DNA of 64,000 nucleotides, taken from the NCBI GenBank assembly GCA_963744875.1, contig CAVUVQ010000050.1, positions 77,330 to 141,329 of the forward strand, read 5' to 3'. Positions within the stretch are counted from its first letter, which is position 1. Every line of letters begins with the position of its first letter. Under the pieces are notes generated by a model that saw only the letters and a program-made list of their open reading frames with translations, was not told the origin of the DNA and made no database searches. Both the position numbers and the translations under genes were made by a program. Shown here one piece after another: positions 1-8,771 of this stretch. The DNA comes from an uncultured Chloroflexia bacterium (lineage in GTDB: Bacteria > Chloroflexota > Ktedonobacteria > Ktedonobacterales > Ktedonobacteraceae).

Positions 1-108
1 GTGAAGATCTTCGGCGGTGAACTGTTCGAGGGAAATGACATCTTTCCCTGCATAATTGCCATTGATCGGCTTCACATCTTGTTGAAGATAGGGCATGATC
101 TGAGTCAT
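1..108 (-). CDS. 5' end of a gene running off the window; N-terminus resembles the aspartate/ornithine carbamoyltransferase family
   Basis: Reverse strand reads GGGAGG-tttt-ATG, then MTQIMPYLQQDVKPINGNYAGKDVISLEQFTAEDLH. The GKDVISLEQFTAEDL stretch resembles the conserved N-terminal segment of ATCase/OTCase proteins (recalled, not searched). Only 36 codons are visible. Confidence 0.3.
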   Translation of the reverse strand, partial: MTQIMPYLQQDVKPINGNYAGKDVISLEQFTAEDLH

Positions 109-253
109 AAAACCTCCCAATATTACTAACAACAGCTTGACAGGTCATCGTTTTATAATGCCCTGATCAACCAGACGACGCAAGATAGGGTGAACTGATA
201 GAGGGGCCACGTCGCCACTCTTACGCTGAAGGAGGGCAGTGGGCACGCATGTT

Positions 254-292
254 AAAAAAAATTCCTCACCCCTGGATAAATAGGGTGAGGAA
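254..292 (-). terminator. Intrinsic terminator-like hairpin (10-bp perfect stem, 11-nt loop) followed by U8 on the minus strand
   Basis: Plus strand shows A8 (254-261), TTCCTCACCC (262-271), loop ctggataaata, GGGTGAGGAA (283-292). Read on the minus strand this is stem-loop-T8. It lies about 150 nt upstream of the minus-strand start codon at 108, and no annotated gene feeds into it. Confidence 0.6.
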
Positions 293-512
293 GGAAAACA
301 CTTCTTAAAGGGAATACCAGGTCCGTCGTGCGAAAAAAGGAAACGCCGTTCTGTTACCTGTATTATAAATGCTTGCCTTTTTTTGAGCATGACAAAACCT
401 GTGCCTTTTCTACACTAAAATTTGCATGGGAACTTGTTTCAAATTGTTAAGAGTATACACGATACATAGAGACGCTGTCAAGGGGAAGCGATGCCAATTT
501 CTGTAAACTCTC

Positions 513-541
513 TTGACAAATTACTAACATATCAGTATACT
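513..541 (+). promoter_or_regulatory. Near-consensus sigma-70 promoter (TTGACA-17 nt-TATACT)
   Basis: TTGACA at 513-518, a 17-nt spacer, TATACT at 536-541. It would give a leader of about 220 nt ahead of the GH54 gene start at 766. Confidence 0.55.
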
Positions 542-765
542 TCTATTTAATCGCTTACATAGAAGGTTCATTGGCACTTTTCCATACAAAGTTGGTATGA
601 ACGCTTGCCAAAGGAGGTGAGATTCTTCTTCTCATGGATCACTGACCCTTCGGTTACGTCGAATTCCCTTCCCTGCTATGCTCGATGGATAGTGTCATGC
701 TATACCTGATCTGCTTATTGTTATAGGAATGTACTGTTTCCAGATATTGGAAAGGACACAAGGAC

Positions 766-1830
766 GTGAAACGCTCTACCTCATACTATCAATGTCTGTA
801 CTCTCACAGATGGAGAGGCATACTGGCACTACTTGCTGTTGTAGGTATCATTATCGGTGCGCTTGCTGTTTCTGGCACGCCAACCCTGGCAGCCGGGTCG
901 CTGCCTTGCGACATTTATGCTGCCGCTGGCACCCCGTGTGTCGCCGCACATAGCACTGTGCGAGCGCTTTTCTCCTCGTACAGTGGGAAGCTTTACCAGG
1001 TCAAACGCTCGTCGGATTCCGCGACTACCAACATTGGAACCCTGACCAGGGGAGGCTACGCCAACGCCGCTGCGCAAGATACGTTCTGCGCACGCACGAC
1101 ATGCATAATCACGATTATCTACGACCAGTCTGCAAGGCACAACAACCTCACCATCGAGGGACCCGGTCAGCACGGCGTACAGGATCACGGTGCAAACGCT
1201 ACCGCGTTGCCACTCACGGTTGGTGGTCATAGGGTCTACGGACTCTATGTGACCGCTGGCGTCGGCTACCGGGACAACTCCACATCGGGCGTTGCAAAGA
1301 ATGGTGCGCCCGAGGGCATGTACATGGTGACGAGTAGCACACATGTCAACAATCGGTGCTGCTTCGACTACGGGAACGCCGAGACAAACAATAGAGCCAA
1401 TGGTGACGGCCACATGGACGCGGTCAACTTCAGTACCGAGTGCTGGTTTCGTCCTTGTTCAGGAAAGGGTCCCTGGGTTCAGGCAGATCTTGAAAACGGG
1501 CTCTTTGCAGGAGCAAATGGGTCCGACACCAATAACAAGGGCAATTCCAGTGCGTTCGTCACGGCCCTGGTCAAGAATAATGGACAGACCAGATATGCCA
1601 TCAAGGGGGGCAACGCACAATCGGGTGGCCTGACCACCTGGTACTACGGAGCAGAACCCAAAGGATACTCCCCCATGCACCAGGAAGGGGCCATCGTCCT
1701 GGGAACTGGCGGTGACAACAGCAATGGATCAGTCGGCTCCTTCTTCGAAGGGGTCATGACGGCTGGCTACCCGACGGATGCGGCGGATAATGCTGTTCAG
1801 GCTAACATCGTCTCAGTTGGGTACAGGTAA
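766..1830 (+). CDS. Secreted glycoside hydrolase family 54 alpha-L-arabinofuranosidase B catalytic domain (no CBM42 arabinose-binding domain)
   Basis: 354-aa ORF with GTG start after AAGGA and an N-terminal hydrophobic signal/anchor (ILALLAVVGIIIGALAVSG). The mature part aligns by eye along its whole length with fungal AbfB: PCDIY..GTPCVAAHST.RAL.S...LYQ; DTFCA.TTC.ITIIYDQS; CCFDYGNAET; GPW..ADLEN.LF; GAI.LG.GGDNSNG..G.F.EGVMT.GYP. Confidence 0.85.
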   Translation: MKRSTSYYQCLYSHRWRGILALLAVVGIIIGALAVSGTPTLAAGSLPCDIYAAAGTPCVAAHSTVRALFSSYSGKLYQVKRSSDSATTNIGTLTRGGYANAAAQDTFCARTTCIITIIYDQSARHNNLTIEGPGQHGVQDHGANATALPLTVGGHRVYGLYVTAGVGYRDNSTSGVAKNGAPEGMYMVTSSTHVNNRCCFDYGNAETNNRANGDGHMDAVNFSTECWFRPCSGKGPWVQADLENGLFAGANGSDTNNKGNSSAFVTALVKNNGQTRYAIKGGNAQSGGLTTWYYGAEPKGYSPMHQEGAIVLGTGGDNSNGSVGSFFEGVMTAGYPTDAADNAVQANIVSVGYR

Positions 1831-1900
1831 ACAGCGGGACTGCCAACGGAACCGCAATCGGTGTGTAAACACCAACTTTAAACTGGTCATTCTTACCATC

Positions 1901-1948
1901 AGTATCCTGATGAGCAAACTGTTCGGATAGCTTGCTCACCAGGATACT
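1901..1948. terminator. 17-bp (1 mismatch) hairpin between convergent genes, likely bidirectional terminator
   Basis: AGTATCCTGATGAGCAA (1901-1917) pairs with TTGCTCACCAGGATACT (1932-1948) across a 14-nt loop. It lies between the GH54 stop (1830) and the sigma factor stop (2011). Confidence 0.5.
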
Positions 1949-2010
1949 TCTATGATTTTCGCTAGAACATGAAATGATTTAAAGAGGAAGCGAAGGAACC
2001 AGTCACAAGA

Positions 2011-3180
2011 TCAGTTCAAAAAATCTTGTAACTGGTTGATATGATCAGCAGCACGCAGTTTTTTGAGCGCTCTCACTTCTATCTGGCGGACACGCTCACG
2101 TGTTACGTGCAGAACCTGCCCCGCTTCTTCAAGAGTATGGCTTTTACCATCTAAAAAACCGAAGCGTAATTGAATAACCATACGTTCTCGCTCGTTCAAA
2201 TTCTGCCAGAGAGAGGCAATCTGTTCTCTAAGCGCCTGTTGATCAAGAACCTCTCCCACCGATAGTGACGATTGGTCCTCAATGAGATCACTCATAGAGG
2301 TCTCATTCTCCTCTCCTACAGGCATCTCCAGGCTGAGTGGTTCCTGCATGACATGACGAAATTCGTTGAGCTTCTCCGTGCTGATCTGCATCTGCCCGGC
2401 AATTTCTTCAGGAGTCGGTTCTCGCCCAAGCACTTGCAACAGATTTCGACTCACGGTATTCATCTGCTGCAGATGCTCGATAAGATATACGGGAAGACGA
2501 ATCGCTCGTGCCTGATTGGCAAGTGCTCGCGTGATAGCATGGCGAATGCTCCACGTTGCATAAGTTGCAAAACGATTGCCCTTCGTGTAATCAAATTTCT
2601 CCGCCGCCGCTATCAGGCCAATATTGCCTTCCTGAATAAGGTCTAGCAAACTCATTCCGTGTCCAGCATATTTTCTGGCAATGCTGACAACGAGGCGTAA
2701 GTTAGCCTCAATCAAGCGCCGTTGTGCGTTCTCACCATCTGCAAGCAGCATCGAATTCGGAGTTACGTTGCGCGTTTGTGCACGCATCTGTTCTATCCTT
2801 GCTCGTTCTATGCTTCGGCCCAGTTGGATTTCCTGTTCCGCTGTCAGTAAAGGCACGCGTCCCATCTCTCGTAAGTACATCTGAACTGCATCATCGATGT
2901 CGTTCCTCTCCTGGGAAATGCTAAGGTTCTGAGCAATGGCATTTTCTATAAAATCTTCTCCCTCTGGCAATGCGTCTTCTGATCGAGAAGAGCTCGAAGA
3001 GCCCATAGCAAGAACCATATCCTCTTCTCGATCCAACTCTTGCCCATGACTCTGGTCATCATCTGATCGCATTCCATCCGAAACTGTATCCAATACGTCA
3101 AGTGTCTGCACCAGATGTTGTTGTTCAGGAACTGGCACCTGGCGGGAATGTCTATGTAATTGTGTTTGCATTAGCGACAT
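2011..3180 (-). CDS. RNA polymerase sigma-70 family factor (RpoD/SigA-like, group 1/2)
   Basis: 389 aa. Region 1.2 is AVQMYLREMGRVPLLTAEQE. Region 2 is ANLRLVVSIARKYAGHGMSLLDLIQEGNIGLIAAAEKFDYTKGNRFATYATWSIRHAITRA. Region 3 is RLPVYLIEHL. Region 4.2 is LEEAGQVLHVTRERVRQIEVRALKKLR. The N-terminus is acidic and Ser-rich. Confidence 0.9.
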   Translation of the reverse strand: MSLMQTQLHRHSRQVPVPEQQHLVQTLDVLDTVSDGMRSDDDQSHGQELDREEDMVLAMGSSSSSRSEDALPEGEDFIENAIAQNLSISQERNDIDDAVQMYLREMGRVPLLTAEQEIQLGRSIERARIEQMRAQTRNVTPNSMLLADGENAQRRLIEANLRLVVSIARKYAGHGMSLLDLIQEGNIGLIAAAEKFDYTKGNRFATYATWSIRHAITRALANQARAIRLPVYLIEHLQQMNTVSRNLLQVLGREPTPEEIAGQMQISTEKLNEFRHVMQEPLSLEMPVGEENETSMSDLIEDQSSLSVGEVLDQQALREQIASLWQNLNERERMVIQLRFGFLDGKSHTLEEAGQVLHVTRERVRQIEVRALKKLRAADHINQLQDFLN

Positions 3181-3555
3181 AACAAATCCTCTCTAAACAC
3201 TTTATGAATAAATTAAAATATGCTACCTCGTACAAACGAAATAAATCACCTTTATATCGCTTATTTCGTTCCTTGTGTTATCGAAAAGAAGAGATGATAC
3301 GCCTCCTATCTTCATAGGGAAAATCTGGGAAAAGTGGAAGAAAGGGAACCTCGGCCTTTGATGAGGCATTCATAGCAGTTGCCTATATAAAAACATGGAA
3401 GCGGCGGGAACTATTCCCAATAAGAGGGGCTGTGTTACCTTTTTGCACTGAAGTTCGTGTCCCTGTCAAGGTGAAGTCTCTATCTTGACAGATATGAGAA
3501 TTGTGATGATGTACTTTAATGAGTATTCTCTGAATGGCTTAGAAAGGATGAGTCT

Positions 3556-6500
3556 ATGCCTGTATTTGCATCCCTCTTTGGCAAACTGGCTCAACGTGTT
3601 TCTCCCGCTGCAATAGGCGAAACATTGCGCACTCACGTAGGAGTCGTCCCCAATCCACCCAGCGAACGAACGAAACACCTGCAACCACGTATCCATGATG
3701 CGAAGATGTTCAAGAGCGTCTGCCCTTACTGTGCCGTTGGCTGCGGTCAACGCGTCTACGTCAAAGATGGTAAAGTCATCGACATCGAGGGTGACTACGA
3801 TAGTCCGATCAGCGGTGGTTGCCTCTGCCCCAAAGGTGCTGCAAGCTACCAATTAGATATCAATAGCCGGCGCTGGACAACCGTCAAATATCGTGCGCCA
3901 TACGCTACCGATTGGGAAGATAAAGCCTCTGGATTGGGCGATGGATCGGATCGCTCAACTCGTTTATGAGACGCGAGAAGCAACCTTCCAGGAGACAGAC
4001 GATGAAGGGCATCCCATCAATAACACGCTTGCAATCGGCTCTCTCGGTGGAGCAACGCTTGATAACGAAGAGAACTATCTCATCACCAAGCTCTTCCACT
4101 CTTTAGGAATGGTGTGTATCGAAAACCAGGCCCGTATTTGACACAGCGCTTCAGTGCCGGGTCTCGGTGCAAGCTTTGGGCGCGGTAGCGCCACCACCTT
4201 CCTACAGGACTTACAGAATAGTGACTGCATTTTAATCCAGGGCAGCAATTTCGCTGAATGCCACCCCGTGGGATTCCGCTGGGTCATGGCAGCGAAAGAA
4301 CGTGGTGCAACAATCATTCATGTTGATCCACACTTCTCACGCACCTCGCAACATGCCGACATCTATGCTCCTATTCGCGTAGGGACCGATATCGCCTTCA
4401 TCGGCGGTCTCATCAACTATATTCTTCAGAACGAACTCTACTTCAAAGAGTATGTGCAGGCATACACCAATGCAACTGCCATCATTGATGATGATTTCCA
4501 GGATGCGGAGGATCTGGAAGGGGTCTTCTCCGGCTTGAAAGTCTGATCAAAGCCACTATGATACTGCAAGCTGGCAGTACAAGATGACGGAGAAAGGGGA
4601 GTCACAAGAAGCAACGAGATGATGCTTCATCCAAAGCTTCTCAACCCTCATAAGGGTCATACGGACGAACACAATGAACAACATATCATGCCTGATGGTC
4701 AGGAAGGGCAGGGACTACTTCCACATGCTCATCCCAGCCAGATCGAGCACGATGATACGATGCAAGATCCACGTTGCGTCTTGCAAATTCTAAAACGACA
4801 CTATGCACGCTATACGCCAGAAGTTGTCGAGCAGATCTGTGGCGTCCCACAAGACATCTTCCTTAAGATTGCTGACACGCTGGTCAAAAACTCTGGACGC
4901 GAACGTACAACCAATCTCTCATATGCGGTTGGCTGGACGCAGCATGAAACAGGCGTGCAGATGATCCGCGCTGGTGGCATTTTGCAACTCCTCCTGGGCA
5001 ATATGGGTCGTCCCGGTGGTGGCGTCATGGCGCTGCGAGGGCATGCCAATATTCAAGGCTCGACCGATATTCCAACGTTGTACAATCTCCTGCCGGGCTA
5101 CCTGGTCATGCCAAGCGCATTGCGGAAAGAGTACGACTTCGATACTTACATGCAACATAATGCACAGGAAGCTGGCTGGTGGGTTCACTATCCAGAATAC
5201 TTTGTGAGCCTGATGAAGGCATGGTATGGTGACGCCGCTACAAAAGAGAATGACTTTCGCCTTTAACTACCTTCCTAAGATCGTTGAGGACCATTCCGAC
5301 CTCGCCATGTTCGTCACGATGAAGGATGGGAAGATGAAGGGCTTCTTCTCGATGGGCCAGAATCCCGCCGGAGGAGGCGTCAACGCAGGTTTCCATCGTG
5401 CGGCATTGCAAAAGCTGGAGTGGATGGTCGTGCGCGACCTCTTTGAAACGGAGACGGCAGCTTATTGGAAACGGCCCGGCGTTGATCCTACGAAGATTCC
5501 AACAGAGGTCTTTTTCCTTCCCGCGTCCTCCCACGTTGAGAAAGAGGGCAGCTTTACCAATACACAGCGCCTCGTCCAGTATCGTGAGCAAGCCATAGAG
5601 CCACCAGATGATGCTCGCTCGGAGAACTGGTTCTTGACGGAACTGTGTTTACGCATGAAAAAGCTCTATCAAGGACAGTACAAAGGAGCGCGATAAACCC
5701 ATTCAGGATGTGACCTGGAACTATCGGCGCGAGGGGCCATCCCAGGAACCAGTCGTTGATGATATCGTCAAGGAGATCAATGGCTATACGATCGCCGATG
5801 GCAAGGTTGTAAAAGGGTTTACTGAACTCAAATCTGATGGTAGCACCGCCTGCGGCGTCTGGATCTTCAGCGGCATTATGCCAGAGGAAGGGAAAAATCT
5901 ATCGCGTAGCCGACACGGTGACGACTACGTAAGCCTGGACTGGGGCTTTACCTGGCCTGCCAACCGCCACATTCTGTATAATCGTGCCTCAGCCGATCCA
6001 GAAGGCAAACCATGGTCTGAGCGCAAGAAATACATCTGGTGGGACCCAGAGCACGAGAATAGCGACGGTTCAAAGGGTCGTTGGGTTGGCTATGATATAC
6101 CCGACTTCCCTGAGACAAAGTCACCAGATACCAAAGCAGATCCCAATGGACATGGACTGGATGCTCACTCCGGTGCGGATCCATTTACGATGCAGAATGA
6201 AGGGCGTGCGCGGCTCTACGCTCCCAGCGGACTCACAGACGGCCCATTACCTACGTATTATGAGCCGACAGAGTCCCCGGTCACGAATATGCTCTATCCG
6301 CAGCATCCCATTAATCCGGTCGTGAAATACTGGAATCGACCGGATAATCCTCAAAATGGCCTGGGCAATCCTAAATATCCCTATACCATCACGACATATC
6401 GACTCACGGAACATCACGTGGGAGGAGCGATGTCGCGCTGGGTTCCCTGGCTCTCAGAACTACAACCAGAACTCTTCGCCGAGATCAGCGAGGAACTGGC

Positions 6501-6816
6501 GGCAGAAAAAGGTATCAACAAGGGAGACTGGATTACTATCTGGACGGCACGTGGTGAGATAGAAGCAAAGGCGATGGTTACTCATCGTATCAAACCGCTT
6601 CAGATCGAAGGTCGTACACTTCACCAGATCGGTCTACCGTTCCATTGGGGCTATCAAGGAGTCGTCACAGGTGATATCGCTAATGATCTCCTGCTGCTGA
6701 TCGCTGACCGCAATGTGAGTATGCATAACGCGAAGGCATTTAGCTGCAACATGCGTCCAGGCCGTCGCGCTCATCAAGGACAGGACGGCAGCAATGTAGC
6801 GCGTGAGAAACCATAA
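3556..6816 (+). pseudogene. fdnG: Formate dehydrogenase (FdnG/FdoG-type molybdopterin) alpha subunit, selenocysteine-containing; reading frame interrupted at 5 or more places
   Basis: Six ORF pieces (3556-3969, 3893-4141, 4154-4546, 4619-5266, 5226-5696, 5710-6816) are colinear by eye with E. coli FdnG. Matching segments include CPYCAVGCG, YRAP..W, NQARI-TGA-HSASVPGLGASFGRG, AECHPVGFRW, DPHFSRT, DPRCV..ILKRHYARYTPEVVE, GWTQHETG, LRGHANIQG, FVSLMKAWYGDAATKEN, WNY, WPANRHILYNRASAD..GKPW, YRLTEH, GLPFHWGY. Frame changes: 1->2 near 3921-3927; 2->3 near 4538-4541; 3->2 near 4595-4620; 2->3 near 5255-5262; 3->1 near 5660-5695. The TGA at 4139-4141 is the expected Sec codon, not a lesion. Confidence 0.85.
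4139..4170 (+). promoter_or_regulatory. In-frame UGA (selenocysteine) codon plus bacterial SECIS-like stem-loop
   Basis: The TGA aligns with the U of the FdnG motif QARV-U-HGPTV. Downstream, 4154-4170 (GUGCCG-GGUCU-CGGUGC) forms a 6-bp stem with two G.U pairs. Its apical GGUCU lies at +22..+26 from the U of UGA and there is a U at +17. As I recall, this is the same spacing as the E. coli fdhF SECIS (loop G23/U24, U17). Confidence 0.7.
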
Positions 6817-6835
6817 TGAGGAAGGAGCATCTACT

Positions 6836-7609
6836 ATGGGTAAAATGGGATTTTTTACCGACACGACGCTCTGCATTGGCTGCAAGGCCTGTGAGGTTGC
6901 GTGCAAACAATGGAATCAGTTACCGGCTGATGGCTATAAACTCACGAGTCATAGCTATGACAACACAACGCACCTTTCCTCTACAACCTGGCGGCACGTG
7001 GCCTTCGTGGAGCACAAACGCCCTTCGGAGGGAACAGGTAAAACCGTCAACTGGCTGATGCTGAGCGATGTGTGCAAACACTGCACCAATGCTGGCTGCC
7101 TTCAGTCATGTCCAACAGGAGCGCTTATTCGCAACGAGTTCGGCGATGTCTATGTGCAGCCGGATATCTGCAACGGTTGTGGCTACTGTGTCCCCTCATG
7201 CCCCTTCGGCGTGATAGATCGCAACGAAGATACCGGGATCGCTGCCAAGTGTACACTCTGCTATGATCGGCAAAAGGACGGCATGGAACCCGCCTGTGCC
7301 AAATCCTGTCCCACCGACTCGATTGTCTTTGGCGACCTGGATGAACTGAAAGCAAAGGCGAAGCAACGCGTCGGGACCTTGCACGAACGTGGCGAAACGG
7401 GTGCCTATCTCTATGGCGTCGATGAAGATACTACAGTGGGCGATCTGAACGCATTCTTCCTGCTCACGGATCGACCTTCCGTCTATAATCTTCCTGAGAA
7501 GCCTCATCTGCCGGAGGAGAATATCGTTCCTGGCTTTGTAGCCAGTCTGGTTGCCGCCTCGTTTTTGACAATCGCAACGGCCTTCTCGCTATGGAGCAAA
7601 AATAAATAA
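6836..7609 (+). CDS. fdnH: Formate dehydrogenase beta subunit, 4x[4Fe-4S] ferredoxin-type (FdnH-like) with C-terminal TM helix
   Basis: GAGGAAGGAG sits 7 nt upstream of ATG 6836. Cys clusters are CIGCKACEVAC, CKHCTNAGCLQSCP, CNGCGYCVPSCP and CTLCYDR...EPACAKSCP. The C-terminal hydrophobic segment is FVASLVAASFLTIATAFSLW. Confidence 0.9.
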   Translation: MGKMGFFTDTTLCIGCKACEVACKQWNQLPADGYKLTSHSYDNTTHLSSTTWRHVAFVEHKRPSEGTGKTVNWLMLSDVCKHCTNAGCLQSCPTGALIRNEFGDVYVQPDICNGCGYCVPSCPFGVIDRNEDTGIAAKCTLCYDRQKDGMEPACAKSCPTDSIVFGDLDELKAKAKQRVGTLHERGETGAYLYGVDEDTTVGDLNAFFLLTDRPSVYNLPEKPHLPEENIVPGFVASLVAASFLTIATAFSLWSKNK

Positions 7610-7620
7610 GGAGTGTGCTC

Positions 7621-8694
7621 ATGAGTCAAACAGAGCAAAGCGCACCGGTCAGATTAGGAGACACGTCTACCGTCGTCAACCCCGAATTGGGAGGGGCGAC
7701 GGCAGGACGCGCAGAAACATGGCTCGGCAAACCCAGTAATTACTATGGAATACCACTTATCCATAAGGCCGGATGGAGGTGGCAGATCATCCTCTACTTC
7801 TTTCTAGGCGGTATCGCTGGTGGATCGTATCTTGTAGCGACACTGGCAGACCTGCTCAATATAGACAAAAAGGAAGAGTTGGTGCGTTCAGGACGCTACC
7901 TTTCGTTTGCCTGCATTCTGATTAGCCCCGTCCTCCTGATTCTAGACCTGGGACGGCCTGAGCGTTTTCTGCATATGTTGCGCATCTTCAAACTGCGTTC
8001 CGTCATGTCGCTCGGCACCTGGGGTCTCAGCACATTTGGGATGTTCTGTGGACTGACCACAGCGCATCAGGCGGCAAAAGATGGCCTTCTAGACTGGTTT
8101 CCGCTGCTGGCACGACTTCTCAAAGCGATACCCATCAAAGCGGTAGAAGCAGTGGGAAGTCTATTTGGCCTGTTTGTGGCCTCATACACTGGCGTATTAC
8201 TCTCCTCTACAGCGGTCCCACTATGGGGACGTGCAAAGCACATTCTAGGACCACTTTTCCTCACGTCGGGCTTATCGACCGGTATGGCAAGCCTCTCGGT
8301 GCTACTTTCCCTGGGGCGTTCTAATCAGGAAACGCTAGAGCGGCTGGAACAGGCTGAAATTATCGCTATGACGACCGAACTGGGGCTGATCTCTGCGCTT
8401 CCACCCACACTCGGACCTTTGGGAAAGCCATTATTTCGGGGCAAGGTCGGTACATTCTTTAACATCGGCACGATTGGTGCCGGGCTGCTCGTACCTCTGC
8501 TAACACGACTTGGCTGGAAGTTCACGAAAAAGCCCACGCCTCGCTCCTTAAATCTTGGTCTCTCACTACTCGTCCTGGTAGGAGGCATGATTCTGCGCTA
8601 TGCATGGGTCGTCGCTGGTCGTGCATCTGCCGATGATCCTGAGGCGGTTCATTACTATAATGCGAAGGAGGAAGAGGAACGCAAGAGACGCTAA
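7621..8694 (+). CDS. NrfD/PsrC-family polytopic membrane (quinone-interacting) subunit of the formate dehydrogenase complex
   Basis: AAGGAG sits 7 nt upstream of ATG 7621 (the ORF track opens at GTG 7615). It has about 8 predicted TM segments, an NrfD-like start (WRWQIILYFFLGGIAGGSYL) and operon position directly after the beta subunit. Confidence 0.75.
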   Translation: MSQTEQSAPVRLGDTSTVVNPELGGATAGRAETWLGKPSNYYGIPLIHKAGWRWQIILYFFLGGIAGGSYLVATLADLLNIDKKEELVRSGRYLSFACILISPVLLILDLGRPERFLHMLRIFKLRSVMSLGTWGLSTFGMFCGLTTAHQAAKDGLLDWFPLLARLLKAIPIKAVEAVGSLFGLFVASYTGVLLSSTAVPLWGRAKHILGPLFLTSGLSTGMASLSVLLSLGRSNQETLERLEQAEIIAMTTELGLISALPPTLGPLGKPLFRGKVGTFFNIGTIGAGLLVPLLTRLGWKFTKKPTPRSLNLGLSLLVLVGGMILRYAWVVAGRASADDPEAVHYYNAKEEEERKRR

Positions 8695-8710
8695 GGCCAA
8701 AAATGGGAAA

Positions 8711-8757
8711 GCGGCAATTCATCCCCACGATGAACGTGTCAGGGGATTTCTTGCCGC
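8711..8757. terminator. Composite hairpin between convergent genes
   Basis: GCGGCAA-ttc-ATCCCC, a 15-nt loop, then GGGGAT-ttc-TTGCCGC. It lies between the nrfD-like stop (8694) and the stop of the minus-strand small gene (8772). Confidence 0.45.
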
Positions 8758-8771
8758 AAGCCTATCAAGCA

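Noticed and set aside
137-159. TTGACA ... TATAAT pair as a plus-strand promoter
   Set aside because: Both hexamers are perfect, but the spacer is only 11 nt, which is incompatible with sigma-70 recognition. No plus-strand gene follows for 600 nt.
262-292. PyrR-binding loop (consensus roughly ARUCCAGAGAGGYU) in the leader of the carbamoyltransferase-like gene
   Set aside because: The minus-strand hairpin loop reads UAUCCAGGGGUGAGG. Only the UCCAG core matches, and it lies in the terminator itself rather than in an anti-antiterminator. The gene identity is also uncertain.
145-390. 81-aa minus-strand ORF in the first intergenic spacer (and the 128-aa ORF at 3466-3852)
   Set aside because: Neither has an RBS or a recognisable motif. 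The first contains the terminator hairpin, and the second is antisense to the start of the formate dehydrogenase gene.
4544-4546. Additional in-frame TGA codons (4544 in the fdnG-like gene, 38564 in murJ) as further selenocysteine or read-through sites
   Set aside because: Homology continues in a different frame on each side, other stops follow within a few codons in the same frame, and there is no SECIS-like hairpin. These are consequences of frameshifts, not recoding.
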